This document shows positions 54,700-64,000 of a DNA stretch of 64,000 nucleotides, piece after piece. This DNA comes from an uncultured Planctomycetaceae bacterium (GTDB lineage Bacteria > Planctomycetota > Planctomycetia > Pirellulales > PALSA-1355). Numbering within the stretch: the first letter of the stretch is position 1; each line of letters begins with the position of its first letter. The DNA lies in assembly GCA_963785305.1 (NCBI GenBank), contig CAWAUV010000008.1, positions 544,001 to 608,000 on the forward strand, given 5' to 3'. The notes under the pieces were generated by a model. The model was not told where the DNA came from. It made no database searches and was given only the letters and a program-made list of their open reading frames with translations. A program made the position numbers and the translations under genes.

Positions 54700-55194
54700 T
54701 TAAACGGTTTTCTTGGCCTTGCGCACTCCCTTGACCACCGGCGCCTTCGGCGGAATCTGAATCGCCTCGCCGCCGGCTTGCTTGATTTTTTCCAGCGCGC
54801 TGGCGCTGAACTGATGCGCGGTGATCTTGAGCTTCTTGGTCAGCTCGCCCGAACCGAGCACCTTGAGCTCGTCGTATACGCCCTTGGCGAGGTTCTTGGC
54901 CTTGAGGCTCGCGGCGTCGACCACGTCGCCCGCGGCGAAGGAGCCTTCGAGTTGGCCGACATTGACCACCACTACCTTCAGGCCCCACTGGTTGTGGAAC
55001 CCGCGCTTGGGAATGCGGCGAATGAGCGGCGAGGCGCCGCCTTCGAAGATCGGCGGAGCCGACCAGCCCGCGAGCGCGCCCTGGCCCTTGTGACCGCGAC
55101 CCGAGGTCTTGCCGTGACCCGAGCCGCCGCCGCGACCGACGCGCTTGCGTTTCTTGTGTTTGTGGATGCCTCGGTTTACGTCGTGCAAATTCAT
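54700..55194 (-). CDS. rplO: 50S ribosomal protein L15
   Basis: [31 protein letters not shown]. Confidence 0.97.
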   Translation of the reverse strand: MNLHDVNRGIHKHKKRKRVGRGGGSGHGKTSGRGHKGQGALAGWSAPPIFEGGASPLIRRIPKRGFHNQWGLKVVVVNVGQLEGSFAAGDVVDAASLKAKNLAKGVYDELKVLGSGELTKKLKITAHQFSASALEKIKQAGGEAIQIPPKAPVVKGVRKAKKTV

Positions 55195-55721
55195 GACAAG
55201 TCGACTCCCCGCAAACGTTCGATGTCGGCCCGGGTGCGTAGTTGCCCAAGCGCGTCCAAGGTGGCTTTGACCAGATTCGTGGGATTGTTCGAGCCGAAGC
55301 TCTTGGTAAGGATATTGCGGATGCCGGCGGCTTCGCACACGGCCCGCACCGCGCTGCCGGCAATCACGCCGGTGCCCGGAGCAGCCGGCACCAGCGCCAC
55401 GCGCGCCGCGCCAAAGCGACCGACAACCTTATGCGGAATCGTGCCGCTGTCGAGATTGATCTCCTTGAGGCTGCGCGAGCCGTCTTTCACGGCCTTCTCC
55501 ACGCTAGGGGGCACTTCGTTGGCCTTGCCATAGCCCCAGCCCACCTTGCCGCGGCCATTGCCCACCACCACCATGGCGGCGAAGCTAAATCGCCGACCAC
55601 CCTTGACCACCGCCGCGCAGCGCTTGATTTTCACCAATTTGTCGAGCAGTTCGCCGCGATTGGATTCTTTTTCGTGGGCCACCGGTAACACGCTCCTCGA
55701 GGGATTGATTGTATTCGCCAC
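55191..55721 (-). CDS. rpsE: 30S ribosomal protein S5
   Basis: [29 protein letters not shown]. Start uncertain. Confidence 0.96.
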   Translation of the reverse strand: MANTINPSRSVLPVAHEKESNRGELLDKLVKIKRCAAVVKGGRRFSFAAMVVVGNGRGKVGWGYGKANEVPPSVEKAVKDGSRSLKEINLDSGTIPHKVVGRFGAARVALVPAAPGTGVIAGSAVRAVCEAAGIRNILTKSFGSNNPTNLVKATLDALGQLRTRADIERLRGVDLS

Positions 55722-55875
55722 ATCAGCATGCGATGCGACGCACGCCGCCGACGATCGTCGCTATTCTAACAAAAACTACAGCCTTGTCACGGGCGACTCG
55801 CCGCCCGCCCGCGCCTGCTCGCCAACCGGCTGTCCGGGGACAACCATCGACAAACCGGCTTCCTGCTTGCCGAAA

Positions 55876-56244
55876 CTAAAACTTGAGCCCGGCCTCGCGG
55901 GCGGCGTCGGCCAATGCGGCCACGCGGCCATGATACTGGCAGGCGCCGCGGTCAAACGCAACCTGCTTGATGCCCGCCGCGATCAGCCGCTCGGCGATCG
56001 CCTTGCCCACGGCCTGGGCGGCGTTTTTATTGCCGCCGAACTTTAGTTCGCCGAGCAACTCGCCTTCTTGCGTGCTCGCCGCCGCCAGCGTGCGACCGGT
56101 CGAATCGTCGATCGCTTGCACATACATGTGTTTGTGACTGCGAAACACGCTCAGGCGCGGCCGGTCCGCGGCGCCGCGAATACGCTTCCGCACTCGAAAG
56201 CCGCGGCGAAGTCGTTGTTTGTAGATCGATTTATCGTGGTTCAT
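55876..56244 (-). CDS. rplR: 50S ribosomal protein L18
   Basis: [29 protein letters not shown]. Confidence 0.97.
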   Translation of the reverse strand: MNHDKSIYKQRLRRGFRVRKRIRGAADRPRLSVFRSHKHMYVQAIDDSTGRTLAAASTQEGELLGELKFGGNKNAAQAVGKAIAERLIAAGIKQVAFDRGACQYHGRVAALADAAREAGLKF

Positions 56245-56383
56245 GGCTGCTTCTGATACCAATGGCTCGCAAGCGCCCGGCTTGCGAATAGGGTTATATA
56301 TTGAATCGCGGGAGTCGTTTCGCGTTGGACGACGGCGCCGAACAATGGCGACGTCTCAGGAAACTCGCCATCGCTCCAGGAGG

Positions 56384-56929
56384 TTACTTGGCCATCGCCT
56401 TGCCGGCCTTGCGACGCACTTGCTCGCCTTCATAACGCACGCCCTTGCCTTTATAGGGCTCGGGCTTGCGCACTGCGCGGGCTTCGGCGGCGAACTGGCC
56501 CACTTTCTGCTTGTCGCTACCCTTGATCACCACATGGGTTTGATCGGGACAGGTCACGGTCACGCCCGCCGGGATCGGCAAATGAATCTCATTGGCGAAG
56601 CCGACGCGCAGCTGCAAAATATCCTTCGCCACCGCGGCCAAGTAGCCGACGCCCACGATCTCGAGCTTCTTCTCATAGCCCTTGGTGACGCCGATCACCA
56701 TGTTCTGCACCAGCGCGCGGCTCAGGCCATGCAAGGCCCGCGCTTGGCGGCTCTCGTCGGTTCGCGTGATTCGCAACTGCTTGGCGGCTTCGTCGAACTC
56801 GACCGCGATCTCCGGGCGATAGTTCATCGCCAGCTTGCCCAAGGGGCCTTCGACCGTGATCTCGCCCTTGCCGATCGCTACCTTGACGCCCGCCGGAACG
56901 GACACCGGTTGTTTTCCAACTCGCGACAT
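56384..56929 (-). CDS. rplF: 50S ribosomal protein L6
   Basis: MSRVGK.P, GVGY, KPEPYKGKG. Confidence 0.98.
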   Translation of the reverse strand: MSRVGKQPVSVPAGVKVAIGKGEITVEGPLGKLAMNYRPEIAVEFDEAAKQLRITRTDESRQARALHGLSRALVQNMVIGVTKGYEKKLEIVGVGYLAAVAKDILQLRVGFANEIHLPIPAGVTVTCPDQTHVVIKGSDKQKVGQFAAEARAVRKPEPYKGKGVRYEGEQVRRKAGKAMAK

Positions 56930-57045
56930 GGTGTTGAACCTACTTCATTTGAGAATCGGCGCCTGGATTCCCTCGAGGAAGGCGTCGATCCGTCTGGAAA
57001 AAACATTCTTGCACGCGGCCGGCCAGGCGTGTCACGCCGGCGAGC

Positions 57046-57442
57046 CTACCACAATTCGCACAGCACCTCGCCGCCCAGGTTTTTCTGCCGGGCCTCGCGG
57101 TCGCTAATCACGCCGTGGCTGGTGCTGATGATCGAAATGCCCAGGCCGTTGAGCACCGGCCGCAGTCGCGTGGCGCCGCTATACACTCGGCGGCCCGGCT
57201 TGCTCACGCGGCGAATATGCCGAATGACGCGTTCGCCGTTGTCGCCGTATTTCAAGACGATCTTGAGTTGCGGGGCCGGTTCGCCGGGCTCTTCGGCCCA
57301 GTCCCAGATGTAGCCCTCGCGCTTGAGCACTTCGGCCAAGCCTCGCTTTACTTTGGATGCGGGCATGCTGACGCTCGGGCGCTCGACTGCGCACGGCGTT
57401 GCGGATACGGGTCAACATGTCGGCGATCGGGTCGGTCATCAT
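57046..57442 (-). CDS. rpsH: 30S ribosomal protein S8; frameshift near 57385
   Basis: TDPIADMLTRIRNA in one frame; SKPGRRVY, GLGI.IISTS.G, GGEVLC in the next. Confidence 0.95.
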
Positions 57443-57523
57443 GTGCGCGAAATTCCCCCTCCGAGACTTCCAAGCCACCGCGAATCGCAAGGCTGCGACG
57501 CCGGCTCGAAGCAATATGTTCTG

Positions 57524-57709
57524 CTACCAACTCGCCTTCTTGACGCCAGGAATCATCCCTTGATCGGCCAACTGTCGGAAACAAATCCGACACAGACCGA
57601 ACTTGCGATACACGGCGCGGGGCCGGCCGCAAAGTCGGCAACGACGCACGAGCCGAGTGCTGAACTTCGGCTTGCGCAGCGACATCGCGATCTTGGACTT
57701 GCTTGCCAT
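57524..57709 (-). CDS. rpsN: 30S ribosomal protein S14 (zinc-binding type Z)
   Basis: [29 protein letters not shown]. Confidence 0.97.
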   Translation of the reverse strand: MASKSKIAMSLRKPKFSTRLVRRCRLCGRPRAVYRKFGLCRICFRQLADQGMIPGVKKASW

Positions 57710-57860
57710 CGAGGCTCCTTCGTTTCTGCATCCCGGTCGCCTGGGCGATAGGTCCGGGTACTTCTGGGTTCTCTATACTTGGCGTGTACTTTAATGGAAA
57801 TCAATTCGCTCGCCGGTTCCCGCTCCGCGAAACGACGACGACCTCGTTTTGCGCGGCGAG

Positions 57861-58478
57861 TTATGCCTTGGCTTTCTTGCCGGTGGTTTCCTCGGTCTTG
57901 AATGGCATGCCGATCGCCCGCAGCAACTCGCGCGAGTCGTCGTTATTGTCCGACGAAATCACGATGCAAACATTCAAGCCCTGGGGCCGCAGGAACTTGT
58001 CGGGATTCAATTCCGGAAACACAAGCTGCTCGGCGAGGCCCAGGCTGTAGTTGCCCTTGCCATCGAACGCATTCGGATTCAAGCCGCGGAAATCGCGCAT
58101 GCGCGGCAAGGCGAGCGAAATCAAACGGTCGAGAAATTCATACATCCGCACACCGCGCAAGGTAACCTTGGCGCCGATCGGCATATTCTCGCGGAGCTTG
58201 AAGTTCGCAATCGCCTTGCGGCTCTTGGTGACCAACGGCTTTTGGCCGGTGATCTGCATAAGCGCCGCCACGGCGTCCTCGATATGCTTCTTTTCCGTGA
58301 CCGCGCTGCCGACGCCCATGTTGACCACGATCTTTTGGATGCGCGGAATCGCATGCGGATTGCTTCGACCAAGCTGCTTCGACAGCGCCGGACGAATCTC
58401 CCGTTGATAGCGTTCGAGCAATCGCGGCGTCGCCGGTTTTTCCGCTTCGCCCGTCTTTTCGGTTTTCTTCTTAGCCAT
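57861..58478 (-). CDS. rplE: 50S ribosomal protein L5
   Basis: KIVVNMGVG, ITGQKP, KVTLRG, LPR.RDFRG, FDGKGNY. Confidence 0.98.
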   Translation of the reverse strand: MAKKKTEKTGEAEKPATPRLLERYQREIRPALSKQLGRSNPHAIPRIQKIVVNMGVGSAVTEKKHIEDAVAALMQITGQKPLVTKSRKAIANFKLRENMPIGAKVTLRGVRMYEFLDRLISLALPRMRDFRGLNPNAFDGKGNYSLGLAEQLVFPELNPDKFLRPQGLNVCIVISSDNNDDSRELLRAIGMPFKTEETTGKKAKA

Positions 58479-58542
58479 CACCCACCCGACCTTTTGAATC
58501 GCATGCCTATTGGATCGTCGCGGCGCGAACCCACTTCAAACG

Positions 58543-58911
58543 CTACTTGGCCGTGTTTCGAAGCGACTTTGGCCGCGAGATCACGCCCAGCTCCGCGGAA
58601 CATTTCTTGCAAAATCGCTCCTTGACGCCATCGGGCCGCAGCCGCGCTCCGGTTCGCGTGGCTTTGTTGCATTTCCCGCATACCAGCAGCACATTGGAAA
58701 TCGACACCGGCATCTCCTTCGAGAGCCGGCCGCCTTGCTGATTGTTGCGAGCGCCGCGCTTCATGTGCCGAAACACGCGATTCACGCCCTCGACGACAAT
58801 CTTTTCCTTGTCGCGAAGCACCCGCAGCACACGGCCGCGAGTAGGCGAATCGGCCGAGCCGCGATCTTCGCCGGAAATAACTTCCACTGTGTCGTTTACT
58901 CGAATATGCAT
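58543..58911 (-). CDS. rplX: 50S ribosomal protein L24
   Basis: D.VEVISG.D.G, VVEGVN, E.P..ISNV. Confidence 0.96.
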   Translation of the reverse strand: MHIRVNDTVEVISGEDRGSADSPTRGRVLRVLRDKEKIVVEGVNRVFRHMKRGARNNQQGGRLSKEMPVSISNVLLVCGKCNKATRTGARLRPDGVKERFCKKCSAELGVISRPKSLRNTAK

Positions 58912-59279
58912 CACACCACCTCGCTGGCGAGGCTCACGATTTTCATGAAGTTTCGATCACGCAGCTCACGGGCCACGGCGCCGAAGATGCGCGTGCCGCG
59001 AGGATTTCGGTCATTGTCGATCAACACCACCGCATTGCGGTCGAACCGCACATAGCTGCCATCGGCCCGGCGAGTCGGCTGTCGGCAGCGCACGATCACG
59101 CCGCGGACGACGCTCTTCTTCTTCACATCGCTCCCGGCGATCACCGTTTTCACGCTGCACACGATCACATCGCCCAGGCCGGCGGTGCGGCGATGCGCTC
59201 CGCCGAGCACCTTGATGCACATGACCTCTTTCGCGCCGGTATTGTCGGCCACGTCGAGGCGAGATTGCATTTGAATCAT
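58911..59279 (-). CDS. rplN: 50S ribosomal protein L14
   Basis: [33 protein letters not shown]. Confidence 0.98.
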   Translation of the reverse strand: MIQMQSRLDVADNTGAKEVMCIKVLGGAHRRTAGLGDVIVCSVKTVIAGSDVKKKSVVRGVIVRCRQPTRRADGSYVRFDRNAVVLIDNDRNPRGTRIFGAVARELRDRNFMKIVSLASEVV

Positions 59280-59394
59280 GGTCGTTATCTCTTCGTTGAA
59301 TTCTCGCCCGACTGCCACCAGGACAACGAGCACTTTCGATTCCGCGTCGAACAGCGAGGCATCGCTCCGCGAGTCAGGCTTGACAGGTAACTCG

Positions 59395-59700
59395 TCACGC
59401 TTGACTGGCGGTGGTATCGGCCTTGGCCGCGGCCCGCATTGCCGCCAAGTCCACCAGCCGGCTCTTGCTCACGATCCGCACGAGCTCGAACCGCTTCGAG
59501 CGCGACCGCGGCCGGCACTCGACGATCTCAACCGTGTCGCCCTGATGCGACTCGTTGTTTTCGTCATGCACATGACACACGGTCTTGCGACGCAGAATTT
59601 TGCCGTATTTCGGATGCTTGACCAATCGGGCGATTTCCACCCGGCGAGTCTTCGCCGTCTTGTCGCCGGTGACGACTCCAATCGCGATGCGCTTTCCCAT
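59395..59700 (-). CDS. rpsQ: 30S ribosomal protein S17
   Basis: HPKYGK, HDE.N, GD.V.I.ECRP.S..K. Confidence 0.97.
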   Translation of the reverse strand: MGKRIAIGVVTGDKTAKTRRVEIARLVKHPKYGKILRRKTVCHVHDENNESHQGDTVEIVECRPRSRSKRFELVRIVSKSRLVDLAAMRAAAKADTTASQA

Positions 59701-59765
59701 GAACAAACCTGAGGGTGACTTGGTAGCTTAAGTGCTGGAGTAAAGGTCTCGAAAAACCGGCCGAA

Positions 59766-59990
59766 TCAGGACTTCGCGGCGTCGGGCGTTCGCGCGGCTC
59801 GGCTACGTTCGCCTTGAATCGTCATCAATCGCGCGATCAAGCGGCGGTTCTTGCGAAGCTCGCTGGGCGCGTTGAGCCGTTCGGTTTCGGCATTGAGCCG
59901 TAAACGAAACAAGTTCTCGGCGGCCTCGTTGAGCGTGAGCTCGATCTGGTCGTCGCTCATTTCACGCAGTTCGGATGCTGTGTTTTTCAT
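59766..59990 (-). CDS. rpmC: 50S ribosomal protein L29
   Basis: ELR.MS, LFRLR, RR.IAR..T; lies between rplP and rpsQ. Confidence 0.93.
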   Translation of the reverse strand: MKNTASELREMSDDQIELTLNEAAENLFRLRLNAETERLNAPSELRKNRRLIARLMTIQGERSRAARTPDAAKS

Positions 59991-60108
59991 CGCTCCACGC
60001 CTGTTTGAATTTCTCTGATTTCAACGGTATCGATCATTGCTGTATTCATCGCCGGGCTCGCGCCACTCTCGCGGCGGAGCGCCCGTGCGGCGTCAATTGC
60101 CCGCGACG

Positions 60109-60528
60109 TCAAGAACCCGTGCGGCGACGCAAGAACCGCACTCGCACGGGCATCTTATGCGCCAATCGCGAGAAGCAGATTCTGGCCGCTTCCTCGGTAA
60201 TGCCGCCGATCTCGTAGAGCACGGTGCCCGGCTTGATCACGGCCGCCCAGTATTCCGGTTCGCCCTTGCCTTTGCCCATTCGAGTTTCCAGCGGAATCGA
60301 GGTGATCGACTTATGCGGAAATACCCGGATGTACAAGCGGCCCTCGGTTCGCAAATACTGCTGCGCGGCCACGCGGCCCGCTTCGATCGTGGCGGCGCTC
60401 AGCCAGCCGGCCTGGGTGGCCTGCAAGGCAAAATCGCCGAAGACGACGCGGTTGCCACGCGTGGCATTACCTCTTATACGCCCTCTTTGGCTTTTTCTGT
60501 GCTTGACCCTCTTGGGCATCAGCGCCAT
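60109..60528 (-). CDS. rplP: 50S ribosomal protein L16
   Basis: [23 protein letters not shown]. Confidence 0.98.
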   Translation of the reverse strand: MALMPKRVKHRKSQRGRIRGNATRGNRVVFGDFALQATQAGWLSAATIEAGRVAAQQYLRTEGRLYIRVFPHKSITSIPLETRMGKGKGEPEYWAAVIKPGTVLYEIGGITEEAARICFSRLAHKMPVRVRFLRRRTGS

Positions 60529-61165
60529 CGGTCGGCTCCTCTTGATACATGCCTTGATTGACCCATACTTTCACGCCGATGTGACCCTGGGCGGTCATCG
60601 CCTCGGTGAATCCGTAATCGATTTTCGCTCGCAAGGTCGAGAGCGGAATCGAACCGGCGTTCGACTTCTCGCAGCGCGCCATTTCCGAACCGCCCAATCG
60701 GCCGGCCAGTTGAATCTTGATTCCCTTGGCGCCCGCCTCCATCGTCGTTTCCATGGCCCGCTTCATGCAGCGGCGAAAACTTGCCCGCTTGCTCAATTGC
60801 TCGGCGATCTCCTCGGCCACGAGCTGGGCCTGAATCTCGGGCCGGGCGATCTCCTCGATCTTGATATTGATCCGGCGGCCGATCAGTTCCTGCAACTCAC
60901 CCTGGAGCCGTTCGACTTCCTGGCCCTTGCGGCCGATGATGATGCCCGGCCGCGCCGTGTGCAAAATCAACCTGACTTCGTCTCGCGTCCGCTCGATCTC
61001 GACCTTGGGAATGCCCGCGAACTTGAACTTGCTCTTGATGAAAGCGCGCAGCTTGTGGTCTTCCATCAGCAGATTGGCGTACTCCGCCTTCGACGCGTAC
61101 CACCGGCTCTTCCAGCCGATCATGATGCCGGTGCGAAAGCCGACGGGATTGACTTTTTGACCCAT
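60467..61165 (-). CDS. rpsC: 30S ribosomal protein S3
   Basis: MGQKVNP.GFR, RPGIIIG..G, GRLGG.EMAR, PL.TLRA.IDY. Confidence 0.98.
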   Translation of the reverse strand: MGQKVNPVGFRTGIMIGWKSRWYASKAEYANLLMEDHKLRAFIKSKFKFAGIPKVEIERTRDEVRLILHTARPGIIIGRKGQEVERLQGELQELIGRRINIKIEEIARPEIQAQLVAEEIAEQLSKRASFRRCMKRAMETTMEAGAKGIKIQLAGRLGGSEMARCEKSNAGSIPLSTLRAKIDYGFTEAMTAQGHIGVKVWVNQGMYQEEPTDGADAQEGQAQKKPKRAYKR

Positions 61166-61269
61166 GAAATTCTCCGACGCGACTTCTAGGCGGCGCTTTT
61201 GCGCGAATGTTTACGTGTGTGTCCGCGCAACTCTTCTCTCGTGCGACGAATCGCGGTATCCAGCCCGAA

Positions 61270-61608
61270 CTACAGACTATCCAATGATTCCAGCGAAATC
61301 CGAATGTGCGACATCCGCTTCTTGATCTGAAAGGCCATGCCGCGGGCCCGCGGTCGAATCCGCTTGAACATCGGACCGCCATCGACCCGGGCATCGGTCA
61401 CGATCAGGCTGTCCATGTCGGCTCGCAAGTCCTCGGCGTTGCCCAGGGCGCTCTTGAGCACCTTCTCGATCAGTCGGGCGCCTCGCTGCGGCTGGTACTT
61501 CAAAATGTCGAGCGCTTCGTCGGCATGTTTGCCGCGAATCATATCCGCCAGCGGGCGCACCTTGCGGGCGCTGATCCGGGCGAAGCGATGCGATGCGTTG
61601 TAAGGCAT
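61270..61608 (-). CDS. rplV: 50S ribosomal protein L22
   Basis: RIS.RKVR, SA..NAE, GP..KR.RPRARG. Confidence 0.97.
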   Translation of the reverse strand: MPYNASHRFARISARKVRPLADMIRGKHADEALDILKYQPQRGARLIEKVLKSALGNAEDLRADMDSLIVTDARVDGGPMFKRIRPRARGMAFQIKKRMSHIRISLESLDSL

Positions 61609-61710
61609 GACGATTATCTTTCAGTGGTCGTTGGCAGTGTCTTTCCGATGACCGCGTCGCGGCGAACTCGGCCCCGGTCGCGACTCGAGCGGACGCTTCC
61701 CGGCGCGAGA

Positions 61711-61983
61711 TTACTTCTTGCCACCCTTGCCGCCGTGGCCGCGGAAGTTGCGGGTGGGAGAAAACTCACCCAATTTATGTCCCACCATGTCCTCGGTCAC
61801 GAAGACCTTGATATGCTGCTTGCCGTTGTGAACCAAAAACGTGAAACCCACGAACTCCGGCACGATCGTGCAGGCGCGGGCCCAGGTCTTGATCGGCTCC
61901 TTCGAGCCCGAGGCAGCCTGCTTCTCAACCTTGGCGAAAACCTTGGGGTTGATGAACGGGCCTTTTTTGAGGGATCGTCCCAT
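61711..61983 (-). CDS. rpsS: 30S ribosomal protein S19
   Basis: [28 protein letters not shown]. Confidence 0.98.
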   Translation of the reverse strand: MGRSLKKGPFINPKVFAKVEKQAASGSKEPIKTWARACTIVPEFVGFTFLVHNGKQHIKVFVTEDMVGHKLGEFSPTRNFRGHGGKGGKK

Positions 61984-62027
61984 GGCGTTTATCTCTGAAG
62001 CGTGTTTCTATCTAAGGCATTTAGCTC

Positions 62028-62199
62028 TAGGGCTTTGTCACGGTTGAGATGACGGATTGGATTCGTTCCGCGTGCCATGCCCACGGCTCTGCGTGGGCAT
62101 GAGGACCGTGCGTTGCGATTGAGAACATGCCCACGCAAGCGTGGGCATGGCACACGCGAAAACCGAATTATCCATCATTTCAGCCGTAAAGGAGCTCTA
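62028..62199. mobile_element. MITE copy C in the rplB-rpsS spacer
   Basis: TAGGGCTTTGTCACGGTTGAGATGA ... ATCATTTCAGCCGTAAAGGAGCTCTA, with internal GTGCCATGCCCACGGCTCTGCGTGGGCATG and CATGCCCACGCAAGCGTGGGCATGGCAC. Confidence 0.85.
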
Positions 62200-62210
62200 A
62201 AGCGTTTTCT

Positions 62211-63068
62211 CTAACGAATCTTAAGTTGTCCATAACGGCGCGAACGACGCCGACGCACCAGCGCCGCATTCGACGGCTTGCGACGCTTGCGAGTGCCGCC
62301 GCCCTTGGCGCTCTTCCCGGTCGGGCTCACCGGATGTCGACCGCCCTTGGTTCGGCCTTCGCCACCACCGTGCGGATGGTCGATCGGGTTCATCGCCGTG
62401 CCGCGCACATGCGGGCGATGGCCGAGCCAGCGATTGCGACCGGCTTTGCCAATCACAATCGCATCGTGGTCGGCGTTGCCCACCGAGCCGATCGTCGCCC
62501 GGCAGGCCGCCGGCACACGGCGAATTTCACCGCTTGGCAGGTTGATCTGAGCCCAATCGGCTTCGCGGGCCGCCAAGGTGGCGCCCATGCCGGCCGAGCG
62601 ACAAAGCACCCCGCCGCGACCCGGCTGTAGTTCGATACTATGGACGGTGGCGCCGAGCGGGATATTTCGCAGCGGCAAGCAATTGCCCAACACCGGCGGC
62701 GCGTCGGGACCGCTCATCAGGCTCGCGCCCACTTCCAGGCCGGCCGGGCTCAGGATATATCGCTTCTCGCCATCCACATAATGCAGCAGCGCGATGCGGG
62801 CCGTGCGATTCGGATCGTATTCAATCGAATGCACCGAAGCCGGCACCCCGTCTTTATTGCGACGAAAGTCGATCAAGCGAAACATGCGCTTGTGACCGCC
62901 GCCACGATGCCGAGCCGTGATGCGGCCCTGGTTGTTGCGGCCACCCGCGCGGCGGCGACGCACCATGAGCGACTTCTCGGGCTCAACGCCCGGAGTCAAC
63001 TCGGCGAAGTCAGACACCGTCGCCCCGCGGCGGCCCGGCGTTGTCGGCTTGTATCGTCGAATTCCCAT
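62211..63068 (-). CDS. rplB: 50S ribosomal protein L2
   Basis: [37 protein letters not shown]. Confidence 0.98.
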   Translation of the reverse strand: MGIRRYKPTTPGRRGATVSDFAELTPGVEPEKSLMVRRRRAGGRNNQGRITARHRGGGHKRMFRLIDFRRNKDGVPASVHSIEYDPNRTARIALLHYVDGEKRYILSPAGLEVGASLMSGPDAPPVLGNCLPLRNIPLGATVHSIELQPGRGGVLCRSAGMGATLAAREADWAQINLPSGEIRRVPAACRATIGSVGNADHDAIVIGKAGRNRWLGHRPHVRGTAMNPIDHPHGGGEGRTKGGRHPVSPTGKSAKGGGTRKRRKPSNAALVRRRRSRRYGQLKIR

Positions 63069-63186
63069 GCTGCTTCGTTTCTGACTTAGTGAATGAATGT
63101 TGGTCGGTCGCCCGACGATCTGCTTTTAACCATCTCGCGGCCGGCCTTGCCGTTCGATCTCAAATGGCGGCCATGCTCATAACCGA

Positions 63187-63516
63187 CTAAAAGAAGTCGA
63201 TCCGGCTTTCCGCGTCCAACTTCACAATCGCCTTCTTCCAGTCCTTCGTGTAGCCGCTCGAAAACTTCGAACGCCGCGGCTTGCCCTTGCGATTTTGAGT
63301 CCGCACGCAAACCACGTGGACATTGAACAGCGACTCGATCGCGTGCCGCACATCGTCTTTCGTCGCCGAGCGAACCACCTCGAACGCATAAGCGTTGTAG
63401 CGGGTCGAGCGGTGCATGCCCTTTTCCGTCACCAGCGGACGCAAAATCACCTGATGCGGACGGAGCCGCGGGCCCGGCTGCGGTTCGGCGGCGGCTGCGG
63501 GTTGGGTATCGGCCAT
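63187..63516 (-). CDS. rplW: 50S ribosomal protein L23
   Basis: RPLVTEK, Y.FEV..ATK, WKKAIV.L. Confidence 0.96.
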   Translation of the reverse strand: MADTQPAAAAEPQPGPRLRPHQVILRPLVTEKGMHRSTRYNAYAFEVVRSATKDDVRHAIESLFNVHVVCVRTQNRKGKPRRSKFSSGYTKDWKKAIVKLDAESRIDFF

Positions 63517-63608
63517 CGCAAACTTTCGTTTTTTGGTTAGTTCGCTCGATCTTGAACGAGCGATTCTGGTCACAATTCGCGTTCATCGTCGGGAGCAATC
63601 GGCCCCGA

Positions 63609-64000
63609 TCAGGCGGGCTCGGCCTTCTTCTTGTGCTTGGCCCGCACCGCGTCCAAGGCCGACTTCGTAATCAGCACTCGCTCGGGCATCAACAGACTAA
63701 ACGCATTGAGCTCCGCCACCGGCGACACCGACACGCGGTCGATGTTGCGAGCGCTCTTGAACACATTCACATCGAGCGCCGCGGTCGTCACCAGCAGGCT
63801 CTTGCCTTCGAGGCCCAGGGCCTTGAGGATCGCGGCCATGTCCTTCGTTTTCGGGACGCCGAACGCCAGATCGTCGATCAGCGTGACCTGCGAATCGCGA
63901 AGCTTCGCGGCGAAGGCCATGCGAGTGGCCGCTTGCAGCGCCTTGCGCGGTAGGCGATAGGTCCAATCGCGCGGCGCTTGGCGAAGATATGGCCGCCACC
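63609..64000 (-). CDS. rplD: 50S ribosomal protein L4 (5' part outside window; frameshift near 63977)
   Basis: GGGHIFAK..RDW.Y.LP.K, PKTK, KSARNI, LN...L. Confidence 0.93.
   Translation of the reverse strand, partial: WRPYLRQAPRDWTYRLPRKALQAATRMAFAAKLRDSQVTLIDDLAFGVPKTKDMAAILKALGLEGKSLLVTTAALDVNVFKSARNIDRVSVSPVAELNAFSLLMPERVLITKSALDAVRAKHKKKAEPA

Overview
High-GC window from a Planctomycetota (Pirellulales-like) chromosome. Lineage markers are DUF1559, DUF1549/DUF1553, PSCyt1-WD40, the planctomycete extracellular motif and a CsrA paralogue. The right third (47499-64000) is the S10-spc-alpha ribosomal cluster on the minus strand (rplD to rplQ, with secY, adk, map and rpoA). The left two-thirds hold housekeeping and accessory genes: dapB, thrC, rpsR, an RRM protein, P-II, a racemase, a 2263-aa secreted repeat protein and an ABC/AAA-ATPase + DUF4276 pair. 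Many genes, including essential ones (rpsH, rplQ, map, rplD), carry single-base frameshifts, which points to indel errors in a long-read assembly. The most notable structure is a nested mobile system at 41305-41941. A ~170-bp TIR-bounded MITE family (three copies here, one between rplB and rpsS) carries a pair of inverted REP-like palindromes. In one copy the REP is split by an internally deleted IS110-family (IS1111-type) element. That element keeps both ends and a 3' non-coding region with short matches to its own ends and to its target, making it a candidate bridge/seek RNA. Other leads are a sigma-54-driven racemase resembling broad-spectrum racemases next to a P-II gene, a candidate ATPase-nuclease defence pair and an IS1202/IS481-like end remnant. 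No tRNA, rRNA or CRISPR array was seen.
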